Below are positions 52,205-64,000 of a stretch of DNA of 64,000 nucleotides, piece by piece. Origin of the DNA: Camelus ferus. Taxonomy: Eukaryota. How positions within the stretch are numbered: the stretch's first letter is position 1; each line of letters starts with the position of its first letter. The DNA is taken from NCBI RefSeq assembly GCF_009834535.1, contig NC_045697.1:101000001-101064000 (forward strand), read 5' to 3'. Position numbers and translations under genes: made by a program. The notes under the pieces were generated by a model that was given only the letters and a program-made list of their open reading frames with translations, searched no databases and had not been told where the DNA came from.

Positions 52205-52579
52205 CTCTACCCCCAAGCCCTACTCCCCTAATCCCAAATTCACATGCTGAAGCCCTAACCACCAGTACCTCAGAATGTGACTGTCACTGGAGATAGGGTA
52301 ATTACATTAAAATGAGGCCATTAGGGTGGGGCCACAATGCAATAGGACCGGCTTCCTGATAAGTAAAGGAAGAGACACTAGGGTTGCAAACACAAAGGGA
52401 TGACCCTTGGAAGAGGCAGCAGGAGGGGGGCCATCTGCAAGCCAAGGAGGGAAGCCTCAGAAGAATGCATCCCTGACAACACCTTGATCTTGGACTTCCA
52501 GAGTCCAGAAAATCAATTTCTGTTGTTTAAGCCACCCAGTCTGTGGCACTTTGTCATGGAAGCCTTAGCAACTAAGACA
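52205..52579 (+). mobile_element. MaLR solo LTR (MLT1B-like)
   Basis: gaagccctaaccaccagtacctcagaatgtgactgt...tttctgttgtttaagccacccagtctgtggcactttgt...ctaagaca. Confidence 0.85.
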
Positions 52580-54295
52580 CTCAGTCTGCCTGTGTTGCAG
52601 GGTCTGACCCTCTGGAACTTTCAATCGAGAGCCTCGCTGGTCTTTGCTCCTCTACCCTGAAAGTTATGCCGGAGATTCTTGGATGTCTCAGCATCTCTCT
52701 TCTGTTCTGGGCCTCACACAGCCTCAAAATCTGGCAAATGTCTTTAGAGACAGGCCAGCCATGAGTTGGAGTCCCGCTTTGGTCTCTAAATTTGTCATTT
52801 CAGCTACAGATGAAAATCAAAATCTCTGCTGGGTTCTCGGTTTGCCAGCTGCCGCTGTGTGTTCAGCAAAGACTGATACTCAGACTTCTAGCTACTGGGA
52901 GAATCTGTGAACAGCCCCAGGTGACAAACGGCTTTTTAGTCCCTCAGTGTCAATTCACCACTCCCTCTAGGGCTGTGGTTCTTGCCTGGTTTTGGCCCCT
53001 TTCCCTGGCTTCCTAAGCACTGTGAAACGGTGGGAGGTTTCACTCCGCTTTTTAGAAGCCTCTGGCTTGGTTCTTCAGCCTCCTGCAGAGGTCAGAACTC
53101 AGTAAGTCTCTTCTGAGAAAAAATCGGCCACTGATTTGAGGTCCCTGAAGTCTCAGATTCTCACTGCATTCAACACAACTTCCGAAAGCTCTGCTGATTT
53201 CTCTTTCCCTGAGCAGCCTCCGCCCGGTGTCCAGGAGAAGTCTAGTTCTCCGGCCCCCTCTCAGAACTACCAAATGCCCGAAGAGGAGAAATCACAGGCT
53301 CCTGAGAGCTTAGCTCCAAAAGGCCCTCCTCTCTCTGGAATTTTAGTTTCTCTTGTCGATACGGCTTTCACAGCTTGGCGATGTTCTCACATGTGATGTT
53401 TATAACATTGGGCTTGTTTCCAGGTGGAGTCAGAGGGAGTGTCGCCTGCCCCAACTTCCACATCCTACCCAAACTAAACTTTTTAGTGTCTGAAAGTTAC
53501 TGCAAAGCTGAGGAATCTTCCCAACATGTGGTTAAGAGATGAAAAATGATGTTCAACAGAGCGTAGTAGTTAAATATGATTGGAGAGGGGGAAATGCACC
53601 ATTACATGTTGCTCTGTTTATTAAGTCTTCGATAAACCAGTTATAAATGTGTAACTACAGGTAGTTCTCTCAGTAAAAGCGGAGTTTACCCTGAAGCCTG
53701 AGCACTATCCAAAAACATAAAGTGTGACACGCTGACACACAAAACATATTATGCAAATGATATACACAAGAACAGTCTATAGATTTCCAAACCCCAAATA
53801 GGTAAGAGTATGAAATATGTAAGTGCTCTTAGTTTGGATGCATCTGATCTTAGAGGTTTTCCATTTCTCTAAGGCAGTGATGTTCACACCACAGCTCTCT
53901 GGTCACACAGGCCCCTTTATGTTTAATTGGTGGCTCTTTAAGACTTCTAATTTCACTATATGAATGTGCCATTATACTAAATTCTACCAGTCATATAGGT
54001 GTCCTGTGGTTCTTTAGGTTAATGGTGACTGCAAATGTGGCACCAGAGTCATATAACTCTGGGTATCTCAGCCATTACCCAATTTAGTCCATGTCCCTTT
54101 CCAACTATTACAGAGATCTATTACAGGCAGGTGAAAAAAATACTGAACAGCAAAAATATCTTTCGACATTGCCTTCCTTTGTAAGAGAGGCACTGAAAGA
54201 TACAGGTGCTGTTGAAAATAACAGATGCTGAAACAGGTCTCGGTTTCATGGAAGGCAAAGAGGTCTCTCTATCACTGTTCTGACAGTAAACCCTT

Positions 54296-54567
54296 CTGCT
54301 TCCATGCTCTTTACCTCTGGATCTTCCTGAAAGGGACACTAGGCTGGGAGAGGCAGTGCTGCTCAGACCATCAGGGCTCTTGAACTGTGTCTATAAGCCA
54401 AGTCCTGTCTGGGCCCTTACCTAAAGCAGGCCCTACCTGCTTCCACACTCTTTACCTCTGGATCTTCCTGAAAGGGACACTAGGCTGGGAGAGGCAGCAC
54501 TGCTCAGACCATCAGGGCTCTTGAACTGTGTCTATAAGCCAAGTCCTGTCTGGGCCCAAACCTAAAG
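54296..54567. repeat. Tandem duplication, period 141 bp, about 1.9 copies
   Basis: 54296-54426 and 54437-54567 are identical apart from three dinucleotide differences. Confidence 0.97.
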
Positions 54568-54665
54568 ATAAACCTCCAAGGAGCTGCACAGTTTAAGACC
54601 AAAGATTTTTTTTAAGTGTTAATAGATGTTTAGATATTTTTAAAACAGAAATGAAGAATAAAGGA

Positions 54666-55123
54666 CTGGATAAAGATGATGTGGTGTATATACATAGTGG
54701 AATATTACTCGGCCATGAAAAAGAAATGAAATAATGCCATTTGCAGCAACATGGAGGACCTACAGATTATCATACTAAGTGAAGTAAGTCAGACAGAGAA
54801 AGACAAATATCATAGGATACCATGTGGAATCTAAAAAAATGACACAAATGAATTTATTTACAAAACAGAAAGGGACTTACACAGAAAACAAACTTATAGT
54901 TACTAAAGGGGAAAGGGTGGAGAGGGATAAATTAGCAGTTTGGGATTAGCAGATACAAACTACTATATACAGAATAAATAAACAATAAGGGTAACTATAC
55001 TCAATAACTTGTAATAACTTATAATGAAAAAGAATATAAAAAATAATATATATGTCTAACTGAATCACTATGCTGTACTCCAGAAACTAATGCTGTGAAT
55101 CAATTATACTTCAATTAAAAAAA
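54666..55123 (+). mobile_element. 5'-truncated LINE-1 with poly(A) and a 12-bp TSD
   Basis: L1 3' text (tggataaagatgatgtgg...gggataaattagcagtttgggattagcagatac). TSD aagaataaagga at 54654-54665 and 55124-55135. Confidence 0.93.
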
Positions 55124-55559
55124 AAGAATAAAGGAGCTCTTTGCACATCAAAAACACAATCTACAATGTGTTTTATAGGCACTGAAGATATTAACTGATA
55201 ATTTTCTAAACAACTGCCATAAGTTGAGAATTCCGCCCCTTCTGACTTCCAAGGCCCCACATGAGAATATTATTAACATTCCAATACATAGACTGTTCAA
55301 TTCAAATATCACGAATCTATATTAACAGCATTTTTTTTGGGGGGGTCAGGTCAAACCTCTTACTGCTTCCAGCTCCCTGCCTCTCTTTTGCCAAGACACC
55401 AATATACAGAAATAATTGTTCTGTCATTCTGAAAAGTGGGAGCAGAGTTATGGTTCCAGCATTAGACCTGGGTTGAATATGTGCTCTGATAGAAACCTTC
55501 TACGATAGAAAGAAATAATATTTAATTGACCCATAAGGATAATGGAATCAAAGAAAATA

Positions 55560-55790
55560 ACAACTATGGGTTTATTATTTCAGAGGCACATGTATTATTT
55601 TTTTACTTATATTATCTCACTTAATTCCTATGGTTCTGTGTTGTATTATGACTGGCCCATTTTACAGAAGAGAAAACTCAGTTTCAGAAAACCAGAGTGC
55701 TTTGCCCAGCATCATTTCAATAGCAAGTTGCAGATCAGATATTAAAAAGTCTGCTTCCAAAGTGTGCGCCCCTTCCAGGGCACTGTGCGT
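55560..55790 (-). mobile_element. MIR SINE
   Basis: cccattttacagaagagaaaactcagtttcaga. Confidence 0.65.
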
Positions 55791-56495
55791 CCCTTCCAGG
55801 GCAGTGTGCCTTTTCTGAGCTCAGACTGATGGTGACTTTAATTGTCTTCCCTACGGCTGCTTAATAGGTTTTAAAACCAAAAATCTATTAGTTTCAGGGA
55901 ATAAAAACAGACACGATTTATCACATTGCCAGACTCAAAAACACCATCCTTACATATTAATGGCCCCCAATTAAGACCACAGTCATGAGTTAATGAAGAA
56001 GCCATTAGACAGAGAATAGTAATATCAACACAAGCACATGTCTATTAATCTGTTGCTCAGTGACACCATTAGTCCCAATACTGTAAGGCTAAATAATTCC
56101 TAGGTAGCCTTCAAACAAAATTCTTGTGATATCACTCAGGATTTGAAGAGATCATTTACAACCCAAGCTTTTGTAACCCTGGTCAAAAGAAGATCACCAA
56201 GCCCTGGGTAAAGATCAATTGGCTTATATAATCAACCCACAAAGTATATTTTTTTGAATTGGAAAAAAAATGGTGTATATGGGCACAGAAGGGAGGGGTT
56301 TTTAATGTATCCAATGAAGTGTTTTTCCATCCCCAGGCAAAGATGGGGTCACTGCAGTAGCTCTGTTCTACTATTGCACTAGTTTCTTTCTCTATGGAGT
56401 CCTACCAAAGTACTAATAATTTATTCATTCCTTGGGTCTAAGCATTGGATGCAGTTGAGAACCACGTGGAAAAGCTTTAAAAATGCTGATGCTAG

Positions 56496-56745
56496 CTAGG
56501 TGGGAAAGGGGTGGGAAGGAATAAATTGGGAGTTTGAGATTTGCAAATAGTAACTAGGATATATAAAATAGATAAACTACAAGTTTCTTCCATATAGCAC
56601 AGGGAACTATACTGAATATCTTGTAGTAACCTATAATGAAAAAGAATATGAAAACAAATAAATGTATGTATATGTATGACTGAAACATGGTGCCATACAC
56701 CAGAAATTGCAACAACACTGTAAACTGACTATACTTCAATTTTTT
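56496..56745 (+). mobile_element. Short LINE-1 3' end with a perfect 17-bp TSD
   Basis: TSD aaaaatgctgatgctag at 56479-56495 and 56746-56762, at a TTT/AAAA endonuclease site. Confidence 0.93.
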
Positions 56746-57624
56746 AAAAATGCTGATGCTAGTGCTCTGCATTATTCACATTCCTTTAATTAACCGGTTT
56801 CTAATCACTCAGAATTTTCTTTCACTGCTTTCTCTACTCTTTAACTCTTCAAAACAACCTTATGAGAAAAAAAGAGTCTCACACTTAAGGTAACTTTCAA
56901 CCTGCCTGGAAACAAAACTCAAAGATAAGTAACTTTCTCCCTAGGTTATGTGGCCAGTATGTAGAACAGCTATTTCAACATGAATCCGCTCTGCTTCCAA
57001 ACATATGTGAACGCTTTCAACCGCTCTGTTGTTGTATTGCCTGCAGCTCGGGCTGAAATGGTAGTACCCAGACACTGTGCTGTACTAAAGACAATGTAGG
57101 AAAATTGATGCAAAGTTTCTGTGCAGTGTGACTGTGGCATCTCAGACAGGAATGAGGGATGACTCCTCTCAAAGAAACATTGTTATGAAAGGGCCAGGGT
57201 CTACTGCAGGACGCACTCAGGGTTGTCTTAAAAGAGCAAAGGTGCTAAATTGGATGCTGTAAACTTTTTCCCAGGAAGGTAATAACAATCTATAACAGTG
57301 TTTCTATAGAAAGATGTACTTGAAGTTACAAAAGACTGATTTCCAAAGTTGGGAACACAATCTCATTAAGTTGAGGGCTCGTCTCACTCTGACAAGCCAG
57401 GTGCATAATGAGTCCTGAGACCTGTGAGGAGCAGCTGGGACACGACACGTTTGCAGTTTACGTCTTACTCAAACCCCAGCTCAGCCGCTCTCTCATGGGG
57501 TCCAATCAGGGGATGTGCAAGGTCAACATCTTTTCATAGAACGTCTAAGATGTATCTTCCTTTCTCTCTCATTCCTTCACAAGTGTACAGTGGAGTTCTC
57601 CAGATACTACAAAAAAAGTAATTT

Positions 57625-57953
57625 CCCGACAGACTGAGACATGACAATGCATGTCTCTCCTGTTAATCTGACATAAAAGAGACTTACAAAACTGTAAAAC
57701 AATGCCACTCTCTCAGTGTATTTTGTAGTTTTCCAAAAGACAATTAAATTTTCAAAAATATGTATTATTTATGTTAACATAATGGGTTTATTATTTGCTA
57801 TGTGAAGAGAATTAATAAATTTTCTGAGTTTTAATTTCTAATGTAGTAAGCATCCACAGGTATCAAAACCTACATAAACCAAAGCCCTTTGGGATTTTGG
57901 AGAATTCTTAAGAATGTGAAAGAATCCTGAGACCAAAGGTTTGAGAAATACTG
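57625..57953 (+). mobile_element. Charlie1 (hAT) right-end fragment
   Basis: gtaaaacaatgccactct...tatgttaacataatgggtttattatt...tcctgagaccaaaggtttgagaaatactg. Confidence 0.8.
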
Positions 57954-58169
57954 CTACAGGTGACCCTCAATGTTTGAGACTTATATTTCACATTTGCTGT
58001 TTAACAATCTTACCGTTTTTAAGAAGATTTTGGCTGGAGAATTTCTTTCAGATATGGATATGATGTATACTACCTGAACCCAACTAATCCAGCTGCTCTG
58101 TGATTCCCTAAACTCGCGTTTCTCCCACCTCCCTGCATGTCTTTCCCTAAGTTGATCTGTCATTGTCAC

Positions 58170-58680
58170 TGTGAGGGATACGGCTGTAAACAAGGAATAA
58201 TCACTTCATGGACTTACATTCTAGCAACAGGAAGAGATGGAAAATGTCAAAATGAGTAAATTGGTAAGTCTGCATGGAAATAAGTAGAGTAATGGAAAAA
58301 AAGGTTAACTGGATGGGGGTATTTGACCTACAATGGCAAGGTGGATTTCTTTGACCATAAAGGAAAGAAGCCAGAGAACAATAAGGGGCAACAGTGTTCC
58401 AGGCCAAAGCAACATCAAGTGCAAAGGCCCTGAGGCCAAAGTGTCTAAAAACTAATAGCTGAAAGAGGAGGAATGAAGTGGGAGGTAGATTCAAGGGAGG
58501 GCTCTAGGAGAGTAGGGGCCATATTCTAATTACAATGGGAAAAGCAGGGTTTTGAGTCAAGAAGTGATGTGATTTTTTTTTTATGCTTTAAAAACACTAC
58601 TCTGATTCTATATGGAGAATAGAGTGCAAAAGGTCAAGAGTGGAAAGGATGAACAATTAGGAATCACTTGCAAATTACAG
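58170..58680 (-). mobile_element. LINE-2 fragment
   Basis: catggacttacattctag...aagtgcaaaggccctgagg...gaagtgatgtgattt. Confidence 0.7.
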
Positions 58681-61600
58681 TTTTATCACCATAACTCCAC
58701 TTTTCTGGAGTCAGGCTCAAGCTAGGTATTTAGATTTTAGAGGGGTAATTATTAGGTAACCCGAAGTCACATCATCTGTTTCTGAATATTTATGGAAAGC
58801 ACTTTGATACTGACAGAGAAATAAAGTTAGTATATAAATTTCCCATATGTGGAATTACATTAATCTCTGAGTATAACAACGTTCAACTGTCATAAGAATA
58901 TTGGTGGATGAGTGATTTTTAAATACATTTAGTGCTAAATCATAAATGTACTATTTACATCCTGCTTACACTATGGATATTAAAGAATAGCACAGAAATA
59001 TGCTATTAGCTCCTGAAATCTAAAAACCTTCAGAGGAAATATGCTACCTTAGAGCATGAGGGAACTCAATTCCCTAACCAAAAAATTATAAACAAACTGA
59101 GTGATAGCAGAATTATATTTACTTAAGAAACCCCTATGAATAGGATTGTTTATGGGAGGATTCAGAGCTTCTGGCAGGTACCTGTGGCAGCAGAATTTAG
59201 AAATTAGCTTCATTGTTACATCTTTGCCTTGGAATCACATCAGCAAGCAATGACTGGAAGACCCATGAACGGCAAATAATAATGGATGGATGGCAAATCA
59301 TAAGAGGGAAGAACGACACCTTTAATTTTGGAAACAAACCCCTTATTTCCAGGACAAGATACCTATTAACAGGACATCGGAAAAGCACCTTTCCACGTAC
59401 TCACAATGTGGCACATCATAGGGCCTGACTTAAAATACACCTTGGAAATCCAACATTGAGTTTTTTAAGTTAAAGTTGCAGAACATACTTCATCTGCACC
59501 GGAGCAGTAGCTGCCGGTAAGACGGCTCTTTCATTTTCTAATCCAAGTTTTTCTGTCTGTTTTACACAATCAACCAGCAGTCAGGACCAAAGACGCAAGC
59601 AGATCCACACGCACGCACACTCGTATCTGGTAAAGCAATTCGACTTAAACTATAACTGTTCAACAAATGCCAAAATATTTCTATTCCTTTAAACCATTCA
59701 AAGCTTTTAAAATATATCCTCTCAGATGTCTAAGGAATTTGCTGTCTCAAGGAGACATGTGAAACCTAGAATTGTTAACACTTAAAATGCTTAACAGTTG
59801 GAGTATCTCCATCATTTATAATGCATGTCTTGTGCTTAAAGTGTGTTTATTCTTGGTGCCTAAAGAGGCTGGCTAATTGGAGCTAATGAGTTCAAGCACT
59901 TGACAGGGGACCATTGAAAACAGTGCACTAAGCAAAGTCCAACACAGGGACAACAGAAACCAGGGGCATTTTCATAAATTCTTTGTATCAAAAGTTGTGC
60001 TTTTACCTTTCCCACTTCTTAGAGTGAATTTTCCTTTGCTGCTGCCAGGAAGAAACTTTCAAACATCCTCAGAGAAGGGTGCTCATGATTGGCACAGACT
60101 GGAGGAGACCACAGGCAAGGAAATTCGGAGACTTTAATCTAATCACACTGAGTGGAATTCAGTGTTTAGGGACAATCGTGGGCAAGTGAGTGTTTAACAA
60201 CTGGTTCTCAGAGGCTGGGGATGGGAGGGGAAGCTATGATTTATGGAGTGTGCCCATTTCAGTGGTGAAATCACCCTCAGCCTGGCCCATTTCAAGCTAC
60301 CACGTGAGACAGCAGATGGTGGAGCTGGGAAGAAATGCGTGATCAGCCGCCCAGGGCTGGTGGAAGGCGGCTCCAGCACACCACCGCGGGATCATGCGCG
60401 GAAGTCAGCACAGCAGAGGTGTTTGGGACCCAGATCAACTGAGATCTCAGTGTACGTGGGCCTGGCTGCGGCCACGCAGGCATCTATTCCAGAAAGAACT
60501 TAATATAACACCACTAGATTATCATTAATAATTTGAAAATGAAGCCACCTTTAGTCGCATATCACGGGAAATAAGACCCTATCTCAGAAACCAAGGATTT
60601 TAACGAAGTTTAAACTCAGGGGAATGCAATTATCTCAGTAAGAGATGACCCAGTACTATCTATTCACTTAGATTCCCAGTAGCTGCTGAGAAATTCTTTG
60701 AAAAATCAGTGGAAACTCTGGCCCTGGGAAAGACACAGAAGCACACAAAGAATCTGGCTGGCCAGAGTTGGTCTCATGACATAGCTGGGCTCCAGGGTCA
60801 ATTCTAAGTGCCCTGGCCGCTAGAATTAAGATGCTACAAAATGTTCTCTATTTGGAGCCTCTGACTGTCAACTTTACAGGTCACAAACCATGTTATGCAT
60901 CAATGTCTAGAAACGTATTTTCACTCAATGTACCACAAGGCTGGAAAAAAAAACCCTAATATTATCAGTACATACCCTAATCCATAAACAGACCTATTCA
61001 TTAATCTAGGACTTTTAGATTAGAGAGTAAACTCTTAGGAGAATCTTCCATTAAGGAATTTTTAATAATTGTTTTAATTAAGCAAACAAATTTCTTTAAG
61101 GCAATTAATCATGCCAATCATTTTGCCTCCTTAAGAAAAGTTAATTTTTAGAGCAGCTGTCTGGCACAAGTTTTATTTCACAGCTTATTTCAAACCAAGC
61201 CATATAATAAGACAAGTTATATGACAGTCTGTGCTTATATTACCATGTTTCAGGAACTTCAGACAATTTAAGTATATAAAAAGAGATTTACGGCACTATA
61301 ACAAGACTTCATTTTTGGATTTTTTTTCCTTTTCTTGAAAATAAAACACAAGGTAAATACGGCTAGACATTTAGTACAGGTTTTGTAATAATAGATTAGT
61401 AGTCTTCGTGGACACATCAATATTCATAAAAAGAACAATGGAACAGAAGAGCATTATTCTTAAAGCAAAAGAGAAACATTTCTCAGTGTCCTTGGGAAAC
61501 GAATAGGAAAACTTATTAAAGAGGGAGACAAAAACACTTATGGTGAGGAGATTTAGAAAACAGAAAAAAGACAGGATCACATTTGTCATGATGAAAATCC

Positions 61601-61709
61601 ACATCAGAGTGTTCTATTATTTATGAGCTAAGGGGCCTCGGGGCTAGAAGACATTGGAAATAATTTAATTCAGCAATTTAAAAATATTTTGTGAAGTAAA
61701 TTTTAAAAA

Positions 61710-62005
61710 ACTTTTCCAGCTTTACTGACGTATAACTGACAAATGAAAATGGTATATATTTAAAGTATACAACGTGCTGGTTTGATACACATATATGTTG
61801 TGAAATGATTACTGCCATCAAGCTAATTAACACATCCATCATCTCACTATAGTTACCTTTCCTGAGTGTGGTCAGAACACTTAAGATCAGCTCTTAGCAA
61901 TTTTCAAGTATGTAAGACAGTATTGTTAACTATAGTCACCATGCTGCACATCCCCAGAACTTCGTCTTATAACTGGAAGTGGGTACCTTCTGTTCAGCAT
62001 CTCCC
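61710..62005 (-). mobile_element. LINE-1 3' end (L1MA9-like)
   Basis: gctttactgacgtataactgacaaat...caagctaattaacacatccatc...ttaactatagtcaccatgctg. Confidence 0.85.
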
Positions 62006-63449
62006 TGGTCTCTTAATTAGCTCAGAACAAAATCAGGTCCAGGCTCAATGATTTCTATTTTCTTTAAAACCTTAGAAAACCACAGACAAGTAGCCACAAT
62101 GAGAACCTTGAAACATGAAGACAGACTACAGGGAAGAACCCATCTCAGGTGCATCCTGAGCATCCTTTCTGATTAGATGAGCCGGGGCCACACGTTCACT
62201 GTGTTCCTGCTCCTCAGAGACAGGTTGCTGGATCATTTGGGAGCTGGTCAGAAATGCAGAACCTTAGGTCCTGCCTCAGACTGCTAAGTTAGCATCTGCC
62301 CTGCACAGGGTCCTCGGGTGATCCTGAGAAGCCCGGATGCAAAGGAGGCTTCCTTCCAAAATGGAGGAGAGTTCGCTAAATGACCAGATTTTTCCTTCCT
62401 ATCCTTTATTATTCAAACTCTGTTTTATAGGCATCAGAAAGACTGGAAACTAATAGTACATTTAGTTAATATATATAAACATATATTTATGATGTTACAT
62501 CACAATCAGGTTCTTATACATAAGAAAAAAGGATTGGTAATAAACATTCTAAAATTCAACAGCATAATTGCATGATCTTGTCATTGTTACAGGTACTAAA
62601 TTCACCGTTTTTTTGTTTTTTTTTTTTTTTTGGTGTTTTGTTTTGTTTTTTAATTCACACTGCATTTAGGCAGTGGGTGAGCTGCCTTTAAGTACAGAAT
62701 GGATAAATTCTCTAGGGAGCAACCACACCTATGGCAAACACACTTCCCTGAAAGCCCACTAGAATTTCGGCCTCATAAGATCTCCCAAGGATGACGCCAA
62801 TAACTCAAACAGGCTGGCTAATTGTCTGTGTGCTGCTTCCTGGGAAAAATGCAGGAAAAAAAAGTCTAAGGGTCCAAGAATTCCCAAAGCAGCTGGAGGA
62901 GTTATAAAAAGAAAGGCATCTGACCATTTCCATGGGAGCCTCTTCACTTCCCCATTTTCTTTATTAATAGTAACTCAGATTAAACCTTTCAATAACAAAA
63001 CCAAAAATTCTAGTGAACTGGTTCCTAATGTTTGTTTGCTTGGGGGACAGGAAGCTTCTCTTCCCTACCTTCAGCTCTGATCCTATTGTTATTATTTTTT
63101 TTAATCCAAACTACCTCGTGTTAACGCCTCACCTCATCTATCTTACTCTTTAGAATTTAGCTATCAATAGAAGCATTGACTTTCTTTGTCATAACACCAG
63201 GTTTCCCACGTAGACCTTAAGCGTGGCTTTGCTTTCATATGCCAGAAGGGAAGAAATATGCAAATCTAATGGATATTTATTATATATTCACCTTGTTATG
63301 CCAGTCATGTTAACTTCTCAACCACTAAGTGCAGTCTGAAATTTAAAAATAGTGCCTACAAACACCGTTGGGGGACAGGCAGAATCAATCACCAAATTGC
63401 AGAACATGGAGAATGGAGAGTCAACAGACTTTCAAAAAGTTGTTAATCT

Positions 63450-64000
63450 ATTTTTAGCAGAAAGAAAACTTTATATTCATATGTGTACCATTTAATATGT
63501 ACCAATTAAAACCAGTGTAACCACCCCCTGTGGAAGAAATGCAACTTACTAACAACCTAGAAAACCTTCTTTTTGAGCCTTTTCCCCAATACAACCCCAA
63601 TCTTCTGCACCAGAGATAACCATTGTCCTTTTGTAGTGATTTCCTTTTTTTTTTCCTTAAAGAATTACTGATAAAGAATGCTTGCCTAAACATTAAAAAA
63701 AAAAGTGTAAACTTTCTTTTTATCTACCTTTTCACTTAATATAAAGTACATAAATACATATATATCCCTTGGTCCTGTTTTGTTTACTCAATACTTTTTT
63801 GCAATTTATCCAAGTCCTAGCATATAGCTAAGGTTCATTTATTTTCATTGCCAGAGAGTAATTTATTGTATGACTGTACCACAATGTATTTACCCCTATT
63901 ACTCTTGATGAATATTTGGATGACTTCCAGGTATTGGCTGGAATGACCCACTGCTGTGAAATTCTTCATGGGTATTCCAGAGGACACGTACAAATCACTT
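63450..64000 (-). mobile_element. Old LINE-1 3' region (L1ME-like)
   Basis: cagagataaccattgtcc...ttcatttattttcattgcc...gatgaatatttggatgacttccag. Confidence 0.7.

Noticed and set aside
52580..53470. Possible gene from ORFs at 52644-53396
   Set aside because: No recognisable protein. The text loosely resembles an old antisense L1/HAL1 5' region, but not clearly enough to list as a feature.
54296..54567. CRISPR-like or functional repeat array
   Set aside because: Only two long copies with no spacers, in mammalian intronic DNA.
44674..64000. Preceding INPP4B exon (GTRDPLFLTG...KSHDT)
   Set aside because: Not found by reading; it probably lies beyond the right edge of the window.

Overview
AT-rich, repeat-dense mammalian genomic DNA, probably camelid (alpaca/camel-type tRNA-derived SINE near 32.6 kb and cetartiodactyl-type young L1 3' ends). 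The whole window lies inside INPP4B (inositol polyphosphate 4-phosphatase type II), transcribed on the minus strand. Three consecutive coding exons are present: 44623-44673 (51 nt), 36065-36144 (80 nt) and 5325-5436 (112 nt). They have GT-AG boundaries and compatible phases, and encode the end of the C2 domain and the following linker. The rest is intron, containing a decayed RPL5 processed pseudogene with an internal deletion, L1, L2, MIR, MaLR/ERV LTR and DNA-transposon relics, microsatellites and local duplications. Nearly all ORFs in the supplied track are spurious. I see no convincing new biological system. The best leads are modest: an in-frame INPP4B-specific micro-exon, a possible C2-only intronic-polyadenylation product, GC/CpG-gaining patches suggesting biased gene conversion, a 141-bp duplication with reciprocal CpG decay, perfect inverted repeats and candidate enhancers. 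Protein and repeat identifications come from recalled reference sequences, not from searches, and repeat boundaries are approximate unless a TSD is given.
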